This document shows, one piece after another, positions 50,072-59,297 of a DNA stretch of 64,000 bases (within the stretch, counting starts at the first letter, position 1; each line of letters starts with the position of its first letter). This DNA comes from an uncultured delta proteobacterium. Its GTDB lineage: Bacteria; Desulfobacterota; Binatia; UBA9968. The stretch is from positions 288,245 through 352,244 of the forward strand of contig CAWFJP010000002.1 of NCBI GenBank assembly GCA_963816145.1. The letters run 5' to 3'. The position numbers and the translations under genes were made by a program. The notes under the pieces are model-generated. The model was not told the origin of the DNA. It was given only the letters and a program-made list of their open reading frames with translations, and searched no databases.

Positions 50072-50929
50072 ATGATTCAATTCACACCTTCGATCATCGT
50101 TCATGGCGGTGCGGGGCCGATCAAAGACGACAGTCTGGCGGCGCGGCGTGAGGGCTGCAAGGCGGCGGCGCTGGCGGGGTGGGAGATTCTCTGCGCCGGC
50201 GGCAGCGCCGTCGATGGCGCCGAAGCCGCGGTGGCCGTCCTTGAGGATGATCCGCTGTTCAATGCCGGGACCGGTTCCACCCTCAACAGTTTGGGTCAAG
50301 TCGAGATGGATGCGGCGATCATGGAGGGCGCGACGCTGCGCGCCGGTGCTGTGGCAGCGGTCAAGGGTATCAAGAATCCCATTAAGCTGGCGCGCCGCGT
50401 GCTCGAAGATGGCCGGCATATCTTGATCGCCGGTGAAGGCGCCTCGCTGTTCGCCCGCGCTATAGAATTCCCGGAATGCGATCCCGCCGCGTTGATTGTC
50501 GAAAGCGAAAAACTGCGCTGGAACAGCAAGCATGGGACTGTCGGCTGTGTCGCTTTCGATCAAGACGGCAGATTCGCCGCCGCGACTTCCACCGGCGGTA
50601 TCTTCAACAAGCTTCCCGGCCGCGTCGGCGACTCGCCGCTGATCGGCTGCGGCACCTACGCGAATAAGTTCGGCGCGGTCTCATGCACGGGGTACGGTGA
50701 AGCGATCATTCGCGTCCTGATGGCGCGCGATGCCGTGCAGTTGCTCCAGGACGGCATCGAGCCCACCGAAGCCGCGGGCATGGTGTTAGATAATCTTAAA
50801 GATTTGACCGGTAGCACCGCCGGCTTGATTCTCGTCGACGCCCGCGGTCGGGTCGGCTTCGGGCGCAACACGACACATATGCCGGTGTGCTATGTCACCG
50901 TCGGCAGCGACCCGAAAACTGCTGTGTGA
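50072..50929 (+). CDS. Isoaspartyl peptidase/L-asparaginase (Ntn hydrolase)
   Basis: VHGGAG, FNAG.G, EMDAAIM, HGTVG, TSTGG, GRVGDSP, TGYGE. Confidence 0.92.
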   Translation: MIQFTPSIIVHGGAGPIKDDSLAARREGCKAAALAGWEILCAGGSAVDGAEAAVAVLEDDPLFNAGTGSTLNSLGQVEMDAAIMEGATLRAGAVAAVKGIKNPIKLARRVLEDGRHILIAGEGASLFARAIEFPECDPAALIVESEKLRWNSKHGTVGCVAFDQDGRFAAATSTGGIFNKLPGRVGDSPLIGCGTYANKFGAVSCTGYGEAIIRVLMARDAVQLLQDGIEPTEAAGMVLDNLKDLTGSTAGLILVDARGRVGFGRNTTHMPVCYVTVGSDPKTAV

Positions 50930-51105
50930 AGCAACCGAGACGAACGATCAACATCCGGCCGAACCCTGCCGGAAGTGCTCGGTGAAGTTCTTACTAGAAA
51001 ATCTTACAGCCGGGAGGGATGTCGTTGCGCAGGGGAATGAAAACCGCTATTTACGACCGGTGTTATCAACGCCGTTTTTGTAAGTTGACAAGCCGGACTA
51101 GATAA

Positions 51106-52053
51106 ATGGCAATGGCCCAACGCCGCATAATTTGTATCGTCGGCATGCACCGCAGCGGTACGTCGATGATTGCACGTATGCTCAATATTTGCGGTTTGGA
51201 TCTCGGGCCCGCAGATCGCTTACTCAAGGCTGACAAAGCCAACCCATTAGGCCATTTCGAGCACCGTGGGTTCCTCGACATCGACCGCAAACTGCTGAAA
51301 CACTTTCACGCCACTTGGCAAGATCCGCCGGACTTGCCGGCAAGATGGGAAGACGATCCCAGCTTGCACTCACTGCTGCGCCAGGCTCGCGCCCTGGCGG
51401 CGAGCTTTCCAGCGGAGAATTCATGGGGTTGGAAGGATCCACGAGCCAGTTTGTTTTTACCATTCTGGCGCAAAGCGATTCCGGACATGCGTTTTCTTAT
51501 ATGCCTGCGCAACCCTCTGGAGGTGGCGAGGTCATTAGAAAAACGCAACGGCATGGGCCTCGAGCACGGCGCTCGGCTTTGGTATTGGTATACCCTTTTG
51601 TCCTTGACCGATACGCAAAAATACCCCAGGTTGTTTTCGTTGTTTGACGATTATTTCGAAAGCAGAGGCGAGGAAGTCCGGCGGGTGCTTGCTTTTTGCG
51701 GTCTTGGAGACTTCAAGCACACCGCGCTTCTTGAGTCGGCCATCGCCGGCGAATTGCGCCATCATGAGAGCAGTGATCAGCTATTGCGCGACGAACCTGC
51801 GATCCCGGTGGAATGCAAGAAACTTTACCTGGGTTTGCGCACCATCCTGGCGCAGAAGGATCTGCGGAATACCACTGGAGAGGAAACTAAAAGCGCGGCA
51901 CTGTCGTCCGCTGTCAATGCCTTCGCGGCGGAATTCGATGCCCAGGCGGGGTTCAGCTATTTTTTGCGGTATCGTTCGACCAGCGCTCAAAGTTCACAGC
52001 GCGGGAAAGGACTACAGAAATTTTTGCGAACTCTGCGCGGGCATTCTACGTAA
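51106..52053 (+). CDS. Sulfotransferase family protein
   Basis: GMHRSGTS (5'-phosphosulfate loop), N..GHFE, KDPR, RNPLEVARS. Confidence 0.8.
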   Translation: MAMAQRRIICIVGMHRSGTSMIARMLNICGLDLGPADRLLKADKANPLGHFEHRGFLDIDRKLLKHFHATWQDPPDLPARWEDDPSLHSLLRQARALAASFPAENSWGWKDPRASLFLPFWRKAIPDMRFLICLRNPLEVARSLEKRNGMGLEHGARLWYWYTLLSLTDTQKYPRLFSLFDDYFESRGEEVRRVLAFCGLGDFKHTALLESAIAGELRHHESSDQLLRDEPAIPVECKKLYLGLRTILAQKDLRNTTGEETKSAALSSAVNAFAAEFDAQAGFSYFLRYRSTSAQSSQRGKGLQKFLRTLRGHST

Positions 52054-52418
52054 ACCACCGTCCATCGCCGATGGCGAGGTGGCGCCGACGACATCGGCAA
52101 AGGCTTAGACGCGGTTGATGCGCGTCGACCACGTCAATCAAGATCGATCAAAAACCAAAGTTCGGTAGTCGCCTGCATCCCACCTTCGCTGTGATCAAGC
52201 CGCGATCGCCGCGCTGCTTTATCGATCGATTTTCGCGACGTGCTGCAGGGCTTTTCTCAATGGGCTTAGACGCGATGATCAGACGCGCCGGACGTGAATC
52301 GAAGTGACGAAGGCCGCAGATTTGTGGTACAGCATGACAGTGTAACGACTGCGGTGGATGGCCGTAAAGGCGCCTTCGGTAGGCCGCCGGATTGTGCGTC
52401 TGCCGAGAGGAGGAAACA

Positions 52419-53372
52419 TTGGTCATCGATTTCGAACATCACTATATTCCCGCCGAGCTTGGACGGAAGCTCGGTATGGACCCGACCAGGAAAGACGCGG
52501 TGCGGACCGGCGACGCGTCGATTCACTCCCAGCTCTTCGATCTTGACGCGCAGATCGCCGACATGGATCGCGCCGGCATCGATATCGCCGTGCAGAGTTC
52601 GATTCTTGGCTGGGACACGACGTTGGAAAACTGCAGGCTGCTAAACGACTGCACGGCGCGGGCACAGCGGGAGTATCCTCAGCGTTTCGTCGGCCTGGCG
52701 CATTTGCCGCCGCTCGACGGCGCCGACGCGCTCGCCGAGCTGGAGCGCGCCGTCGGCGTGCTGGGATTGAAAGGCGTAACCATCTCGTCGCAGGCCAAGG
52801 GACTGTCCCTCGACGCCAAGGAGTTCACGCCGTTTTACGATGTCGTGAACCGGCTTCGAGTACCGATCTTCGTCCATCCGGCGCTCGGCCCCAAGGGGTA
52901 TGACTTGATGAAGGACTATATGTTGCCGGTGATTCTCACCCGCGAGTTCGACCTCGGCGTGGCGGTGACCCGCCTGATCGCCGGCGGTGTGGTGGAACGG
53001 TATCCCGATTTGCAATTTGTCTTCGCTCACTTCGGCGGCGGCTTGGCCGGCTACAAGGAGCGCATCTCGCGCTCGTCCTATCGTTTCAAGTTGCCCAAAT
53101 CGTTTGACGACTATTTCAACCAACTCTATTTCGACATGGCGGGATTCGAAGGCAGCCCGATTGCGCTGCGGTGCGCGCTCGAAGTGATCAAGCCGGAGCG
53201 CATGCTGTTCGCCACCGATTATCCGCAGAACTTCAATGCCAGCAATCCTGAACAAGGCAAGAGCATTGACGGCGTCGGCGACTATATCGCCGAGATCCGC
53301 GGGTTGGCGCTCGATGGACAAATCAAAGAGGATATGTTGGGTGGAACGGCGGCGCGATTGCTGAAGATTTAA
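52419..53372 (+). CDS. Amidohydrolase_2 family protein (ACMSD/decarboxylase-like)
   Basis: TTG start after GAGGAGG; IDFEHHY, IFVHP, AHFGGG, LFATDYP. Confidence 0.85.
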   Translation: MVIDFEHHYIPAELGRKLGMDPTRKDAVRTGDASIHSQLFDLDAQIADMDRAGIDIAVQSSILGWDTTLENCRLLNDCTARAQREYPQRFVGLAHLPPLDGADALAELERAVGVLGLKGVTISSQAKGLSLDAKEFTPFYDVVNRLRVPIFVHPALGPKGYDLMKDYMLPVILTREFDLGVAVTRLIAGGVVERYPDLQFVFAHFGGGLAGYKERISRSSYRFKLPKSFDDYFNQLYFDMAGFEGSPIALRCALEVIKPERMLFATDYPQNFNASNPEQGKSIDGVGDYIAEIRGLALDGQIKEDMLGGTAARLLKI

Positions 53373-53411
53373 TTCGACCGCGCGCCGAAAACGATCTAAG
53401 AGAGGATTATC

Positions 53412-54003
53412 ATGTTGCGAATCAAGGGAGCATCGAAGGAAACCGCGCCGAAAGAAGTGCAAGAGGTCTTTGCGGCGCAGGAAAAACAATACGGCACGAT
53501 CTTGAACACCGCGAAGGTCTACGGCCTTGCGCCCGACGATCCAGCAGGGTGTGCAGGCGCTCCAAGCCGGCATCGTGGCGTCGGGCTTGATCAGCCCGGA
53601 GTTGCGCCACTTGTTGTGCATGAAGGCCGCCAGTATCAACGGTTGTCCGTATTGACTGGACATCAACGCATCCAGTGGGATGCAACATGGTGCGTCGGCG
53701 GAAAAGGTTGAGGCTGCGTTGGGGGATTACAAAAAGAATCCGATCTTCTCCTTGCGGGAGAAGCTGGCGCTGGAGCTATGCGAGCGCATGACCTACACCA
53801 GCAAACGGGTCACTGACCGCTTTTTCAATCGGCTCAAGAAGCAATTCTCAGAGGAAGAACTCGTCGAACTGGCGGCGGTCATCGCGCTGGAGAATTTTCG
53901 CAGCAAGTTCAATCCGGTGTTCGCCGTCGAGGCGCATGGCTTTTGCCCGGTGCCTTTGGTCAAAGAAGTCGCCGCCGAAGCGGCGAGCAAGTTTCACGAA
54001 TGA
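53412..54003 (+). CDS. Selenocysteine-containing AhpD/carboxymuconolactone decarboxylase-like protein, CxxU; one extra base near 53527
   Basis: After the shift the frame reads PTIQQGVQALQAGIVASGLISPELRHLLCMKAASINGCPY-TGA(53653-53655)-LDINASSG, in frame with ORF 53680-54003 (FS.RE..AL...E.MT, FSEEELVEL...IALENF.SKFN). Confidence 0.82.
53668..53683 (+). promoter_or_regulatory. Candidate bacterial SECIS element
   Basis: Perfect GCATCC-AGTG-GGATGC hairpin starting 12 nt after the TGA, GT in the apical loop. Confidence 0.7.
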
Positions 54004-54039
54004 GACAAGGTGCTTTGCCGCAACCGAAGCTCGGAGTGT

Positions 54040-54150
54040 CTCCCGCAAAGGGAACGCAAAGGGCGCAAAGTTCGGGAGGAAAGGCTCACCACGAAGGACA
54101 CGAAGCGCACGAAGTTAGAAACCATGGCTATTGGAACCTTCATGACCTCC
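54040..54150. repeat. Partial 9-bp periodic family B repeats
   Basis: CGCAAAG x3 followed by TCACCACGAAGGACACGAAGCGCACGAAG. Confidence 0.6.
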
Positions 54151-54204
54151 TTAGAAAATAGATGTGCAGGTATGATCCGGGCAGCGAATTGGCACGAGGT
54201 TTCC

Positions 54205-54271
54205 GTCATACCGGCGAAAGCCGGTATCCATCCCCCTCCCGCCCCTGGATGCCGGCTTTCGCCGGCATGAC
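54205..54271. repeat. Palindromic repeat family A
   Basis: GTCATACCGGCGAAAGCCGGTATCCA...TGGATGCCGGCTTTCGCCGGCATGAC. Confidence 0.85.
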
Positions 54272-54399
54272 GAATCAAAGAAAAAACCATGGAGCGGTGG
54301 GATGGCTGCGATTTCATACTCTGTAGACGAGCGTAAGCTCATGAACGCTTTGTGGTGAGTCAAATGGTCTTAGTTAAACGCGAGAGGTTAGGCAGACTG

Positions 54400-55376
54400 A
54401 TGTTCGTACGAAATGTCATTCGCAATACGTTGATTGTTCTGGGACTGTTGTTGCCGCTGCAAACGGCGCATGGCGCTTCCGCGCCGACCAAAGTCACGAT
54501 TCACGTGCCGTCGAAGAGCTTGTCGATCATGCCGTACTACTTCGGCAAGGACAAAGGCTTCTTTGCCGCGGAGCAGATCGAGCCGCAGTTGATCATGATG
54601 GCGCCGCCGACGGCGATCGCGGCGATGGTGGCGGGCGAGTTGGATTTTTCTTCGACCACCGGCGCGGCGACCTCGGCGATCATGCGCGGCTTGCCGATTC
54701 GAAGAATCTTTTACGTTCAGTCCGATCCTGTTCATGTGCTACTCGCCCAGCCGGAGATCAAGTCAGTTCAGGATCTGGTCGGCAAAACGTCGGCGTCACC
54801 GCGCTGACCGACGCCGTGGGCATGTCGGCCAATGTGATCCTGCGCGCTCACGGGATCGAAGCCGGCAAGGTGACTCTGCTCGCGTGTGCAGGTCACGGAT
54901 AATGCGATCAAGTCTCTCACCAGCAAACGCATCGCCGCGACTTGCTGGCGCCGCCCTATGTGGAGGAGCTGGAGGCAAAGGGATATGTGCATCTGGCAGA
55001 TGCGCGGACTTATGCGCCGCTGAGCTTTATTGGATTGGTTACTTCGATCGAAACGATGAAAAAATCGCCGCAAAAAGTCCAAGGCATGATTGCCGCGCTG
55101 CATCGGACGATGAATTATATTCTCAATCCCGCTAACCGAAGGGAAGTCGTCGAGTATGTCTCGACCTACCATAAGCTCGATCTAGCGCTGGCCGAAAAGG
55201 CGATGGCTGCGCAGATGTTGGGTTACAGCAAAGACGGCACCAAGCCGCGCGCCGCGGTGGAAAAGGAAATCGAGATTTACCGTGAGGCATTGAAGGTCGC
55301 GAAAGCGTTTACGCCGGACGATTTGGAAGACATGAGCTTTTTGCGCAAGGCGCAGGGAGCCGTGCAAGCGCGGTAG
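54400..55376 (+). CDS. NitT/TauT-type substrate-binding protein with about three 1-nt indels (assembly error or pseudogene)
   Basis: Coding fragments can be joined across indels near 54789, 54884 and 54941: PEIKSVQDLVGK/GVTALTDAVG.../QVTDNAIKSL.../LLAPPY. Confidence 0.72.
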
Positions 55377-55503
55377 TATTTAGCTGAATGGACGAACGGT
55401 CGAGGTACGTGGGTTGACAATATTCTCCCCGTTGTAATAAGTGGCTTCAGTGCAGTTAGATTCTCTCACTTTAAACTTACGCTGCTGAAACTTAGAGGTT
55501 GCC

Positions 55504-56361
55504 ATGATCAAACCGGTCGGGTTGGTGCATGGACATTACGAATGCCGCTCCTTCGAGCAGTCGGTGCCGATTCTGGAAGAGTTGTTGGCGCTCAAGGTCG
55601 TTTCCCACGGAAACGGACAGTTGATCATGAAGCATCCGAATACCGACTGGCTTCTCCTCATGCATGAAAACGCCGGCGCCTCGAACAAACAACACTACCA
55701 CCACTACGGCGTTCGCGTCGCCACCGACCAAGAGGTCGACAACGCTTACGAGTACCTGCAAAAACGAAAAGATGAACTCGGGCTCAAGATTATTCCGCCG
55801 GAGACCCGGCGCATCGCTCACTCCGTGCATTTTATCGAACCGGGTGGCAACTACTGGGAAATCGAGTCTTATGAAGGCGGGGCGAAGAAACACGGGCTCA
55901 CGAGTGAGGTCGCATATCCGTGGCGCAGCGCTCTTGTGGACAGCCGTTTTCCGGACAGAGGTTACGTTCCTCAATGCCTGAGTCACGGAACTACCTCATG
56001 CTTCGACCTGGTTAGAGCGAGGCAGTTTTATCGCAGCGTCTTGGGACTCGATGTGATGCATCCGTTTCCGGATGCTGATCCATATTACATCAAGCATCCA
56101 GCGCATCCCTGGTACATCGTTAATTTGCAGACGCCGAGCAAGAGCCGTGTGCCTTCAGGACTGCACCAGCGCTTCACGCTGGCGTTGGAATCCAATGCTG
56201 CGGTGGCGGAGGCTCATCGTTGGCTCAGTCAAAATGCCGCAAGCTTTGAGATCGCGCAACCTCTTGCCCTTTGCGCAGACTCGGACCGCGCTTCGTTTAT
56301 CTTTACCGATCCGGACGCCAACTATTGGGAAATTGTCGCTGCGTCAGCTAGCCGGACATAA
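55504..56361 (+). CDS. Two-domain VOC (glyoxalase/extradiol dioxygenase superfamily) protein, paralog 1
   Basis: HGHYECR, HHYGVRV, HSVHFIEPGGNYWEIE; second domain SHGT...FY..VLGL...DPDANYWEI. Confidence 0.85.
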   Translation: MIKPVGLVHGHYECRSFEQSVPILEELLALKVVSHGNGQLIMKHPNTDWLLLMHENAGASNKQHYHHYGVRVATDQEVDNAYEYLQKRKDELGLKIIPPETRRIAHSVHFIEPGGNYWEIESYEGGAKKHGLTSEVAYPWRSALVDSRFPDRGYVPQCLSHGTTSCFDLVRARQFYRSVLGLDVMHPFPDADPYYIKHPAHPWYIVNLQTPSKSRVPSGLHQRFTLALESNAAVAEAHRWLSQNAASFEIAQPLALCADSDRASFIFTDPDANYWEIVAASASRT

Positions 56362-56363
56362 CC

Positions 56364-57398
56364 ATGAAAATGACCAAGCTGCTTTGCAATCCCTGTTTGA
56401 TCATTTGCGCAGTTCTGCTGATTCTCTCAAGTCGGGACGGCCGAGCGCAATCGACCCCGAAGCCCATCGCGCTGAATATGGTTTACAACAATTTAAGTGT
56501 CGGCTCCGGCCCGCTCTGGGTTGCGCAAAATGCCGGCATTTTCCAAAAACATGGCCTCGATATGAGGTTGAGCCTGGCGCGTGGGAGCTTGTCGGTTCAA
56601 GCCATGCTGGCTGGCTCTTTCCCAGTCGGCATCGTCAGCGCATCGGGGATAGTCAGCAGTCACTTGAGCGGAGCGCGCTTGAAGATTGTCGCCGGTGTGA
56701 TCAATACCTTGCTCTACACCGTCATTGCCGCGCCGGACATCACCTCCGGCAGCCAACTAAAAGGCAAGCGCGTCGGTATCAGCCGATTCAATGATTCATC
56801 TGAGCTGGCTACCCGGATCGCGGCAAAGGAGCTCGGCCTCGACCCGGACCGTGACATCGCCATGGTTCAAGTCGGCAGTGGTCCGGATCGTTTTAATGCC
56901 TTGCGCGCCGGGGCGATACAGGCGGCTGTCGTCGGGCCGGCCGAGGTGGTTCGCGGTAAAAAAGAGGGTTTTAACACACTGATCGATCTCACGACGAAGA
57001 ACATCGAATACCAAGGGTCGGTGATGGCGATGACCGAGGATCTCATTGCGCAAGAAGATACGGCATTGAGGATCATACGGGCGATGGTTGAAGGTCTGCA
57101 CTTTTTTAAGACCCGCAGAGACGAGTCGGTTCGCATCATGAGCGCCTATTTGAAGGGCGCCGACATTGAGGCGATGAAGCAAGGATGGTCCGCATACGCG
57201 GAACGCATCTTCCCGGTCAAGCCCTATCCTTCGGCAAAAGGCATGGAACTGGTGATCCGCGAGGTCGCAGCACAGAATCCGGCCGCAGCCAAAGTAACGC
57301 CCGAACGACTTTTCGATATGCGTTTGGTTGAACGCATCGATCGCAGTGGCTTTATCGATAACCTGTACCGCGAACGGCCGATGACGATCACCAAATGA
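56364..57398 (+). CDS. NitT/TauT-type substrate-binding protein
   Basis: Signal peptide, PLWVAQNAGIFQKHGL, LKGKRVGISR. Confidence 0.85.
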   Translation: MKMTKLLCNPCLIICAVLLILSSRDGRAQSTPKPIALNMVYNNLSVGSGPLWVAQNAGIFQKHGLDMRLSLARGSLSVQAMLAGSFPVGIVSASGIVSSHLSGARLKIVAGVINTLLYTVIAAPDITSGSQLKGKRVGISRFNDSSELATRIAAKELGLDPDRDIAMVQVGSGPDRFNALRAGAIQAAVVGPAEVVRGKKEGFNTLIDLTTKNIEYQGSVMAMTEDLIAQEDTALRIIRAMVEGLHFFKTRRDESVRIMSAYLKGADIEAMKQGWSAYAERIFPVKPYPSAKGMELVIREVAAQNPAAAKVTPERLFDMRLVERIDRSGFIDNLYRERPMTITK

Positions 57399-57551
57399 AC
57401 GAGTCTGAAATCGACTGAAGTGCCAAAGCGGAACCGACGCAGCCAGCCGTCACTTGACACTTTGAGTTGTATTGATTCTCTCGGCTGTATTATAAAGCCG
57501 CAGCGGCATGTTACCGGCTACGAATACCGAGTCGAATTCCAGGAGGATCGA

Positions 57552-58409
57552 ATGATTAAACCGATTGGACTCACCCACGGCCATTACGAGTGCCGTTCGT
57601 TCAAGGAGACAATTCCAGTTCTTGAACAGATCCTGGCGTTTGAAAAGATCGAGGAAGCCGACCGCACCATCGTCATGAAGCATCCCAATACGGCTTGGCT
57701 CCTTGTGGTGCACGAGGGCGGGCCTAACGCGCCGGACAAGCCGCGCTGGAATCATTACGGCGTGCGGGTGGCAACCAATCGAGAAGTCGATAACGCGCGG
57801 GAATTCCTGCTGGCAAAACAAAGTGAATTTGGCCTGGTTGAGGTCGATAAGATGCAGAACCGACACCTGGCGCATTCTGTCCATTTTATCGAGCCAGGCG
57901 GCAACACCTGGGAAATCGAATCCTACGAAATGGCGGTCAAAGTAGGTTTGGGGGCGAACGTCAGCGTGCCGTGGAAAGAGCCCATCGCGCCGGAACGTTT
58001 CCCCGGCCGAGGGTTTATTCCTCAAGCTCTCACCCATGGTACCATCACATGCGTGGATCTCGACGCGTCGCGCCGGTTTTACCGAGGAGTTCTCGGGCTG
58101 GAAGTTGTCAGTCCGTCGCCCAGCGTCAGGCCCCATTACATCAAGCACCCCTCGACCCCCTGGTATGTCGTCAGTCTGCAAAAGCCGGCGGCGGAGCGCC
58201 GGCTGCTGACGCCGTTGCAACGTTACGCGATCACGGTGGAATCTGCCGCCGTTGTCGCGGAGGCGCATCGCTGGCTCGAAGAGAACGGCGATGATTTAGG
58301 CGTGACCCAGCTCGGCGCAATCGAAGAGCGTGGCGGCACGGCATCGTTCATCCTGAGCGATCCGGATCGGAACTGGTGGGAGGTTACGAGTCCGGTCATA
58401 CTCAATTAA
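57552..58409 (+). CDS. Two-domain VOC protein, paralog 2
   Basis: AGGAGG RBS; THGHYECR, NHYGVRV, EPGGNTWEIE, THGT, DPDRNWWEV. Confidence 0.87.
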   Translation: MIKPIGLTHGHYECRSFKETIPVLEQILAFEKIEEADRTIVMKHPNTAWLLVVHEGGPNAPDKPRWNHYGVRVATNREVDNAREFLLAKQSEFGLVEVDKMQNRHLAHSVHFIEPGGNTWEIESYEMAVKVGLGANVSVPWKEPIAPERFPGRGFIPQALTHGTITCVDLDASRRFYRGVLGLEVVSPSPSVRPHYIKHPSTPWYVVSLQKPAAERRLLTPLQRYAITVESAAVVAEAHRWLEENGDDLGVTQLGAIEERGGTASFILSDPDRNWWEVTSPVILN

Positions 58410-58448
58410 AAACATCGTCGATAAAAATCTGTTGTCGAAGGAGGTGTT

Positions 58449-59297
58449 ATGCTTAAACCGATCGCTCTGGTCAACGGTCATTATGAGTGCCGCTCGCTCA
58501 AGCAGACCGTGCCGATCCTAACTGATCTGCTCGCCCTTGAGGTGGTCGAGGAAAACAGTGGCGAGGTCACGCTCAAGCATCCAAACACCGACTGGCTGCT
58601 GATATTTCATGAGGGCGGGACGCAGGCGCCGGATAAACCGCTGCGCAATCACTACGGCGTGCGCGTCGCGACCAATGGCGAAATCGAAAAAGCCGACGCC
58701 TATCTCGAAAAGATGAAGGACCAATATCAAATTGAGATCATGAAGCCGAGAAACCACCACTTCGCGCGTTCGGTGCACTTTTTCGAGCCGGGCGGCAACT
58801 GGTGGGAGATCGAATCTTACGAGCTGGCCGTAAAAGCCGGAATGGGGGAGAACGTCTTGCCGCACTGGAAGAGTTTGCTCCCTGAGGAAAAATTCCCAGG
58901 CCGAGGCTACGTGCCGCAGGCGCTCAGTCATGGCACCATGGAGTGCTATGATCTCGACCGCTCGCGACAGTTTTACCGAGAGGTGCTCGGCCTCGAGGTC
59001 GTGGCGCCGTCGCCCAGCGCCAAACCGCACTACGTCAAACATCCCGCAACTCCCTGGTACATCGTCAGCTTGCAGGTGCCGCTCAGCGAGAAGAAAATCC
59101 TCGGTCCGCACCAGCGCTTCACGCTGGGCCTCGAATCCACACGGGCGGTGGAAGAAGCGCAGCGCTGGCTGAAGGAGTCCGGCAAGGAAGCCGGGATCAC
59201 CGGGCTCACGGAAATCTCCGATCGGAACGGCGCGGTTTCGTTTATGTTAAGCGATCCGGACAGCAACTGGTGGGAAATCGCCAGCCCGCCGCAATGA
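58449..59297 (+). CDS. Two-domain VOC protein, paralog 3
   Basis: AAGGAGG RBS; VNGHYECR, NHYGVRV, EPGGNWWEIE, SHGT, DPDSNWWEI. Confidence 0.87.
   Translation: MLKPIALVNGHYECRSLKQTVPILTDLLALEVVEENSGEVTLKHPNTDWLLIFHEGGTQAPDKPLRNHYGVRVATNGEIEKADAYLEKMKDQYQIEIMKPRNHHFARSVHFFEPGGNWWEIESYELAVKAGMGENVLPHWKSLLPEEKFPGRGYVPQALSHGTMECYDLDRSRQFYREVLGLEVVAPSPSAKPHYVKHPATPWYIVSLQVPLSEKKILGPHQRFTLGLESTRAVEEAQRWLKESGKEAGITGLTEISDRNGAVSFMLSDPDSNWWEIASPPQ

Noticed and set aside
53515-53540. Programmed ribosomal frameshift in the AhpD-like gene
   Set aside because: No slippery heptamer, and similar indels affect unrelated nearby genes, which favours assembly error.
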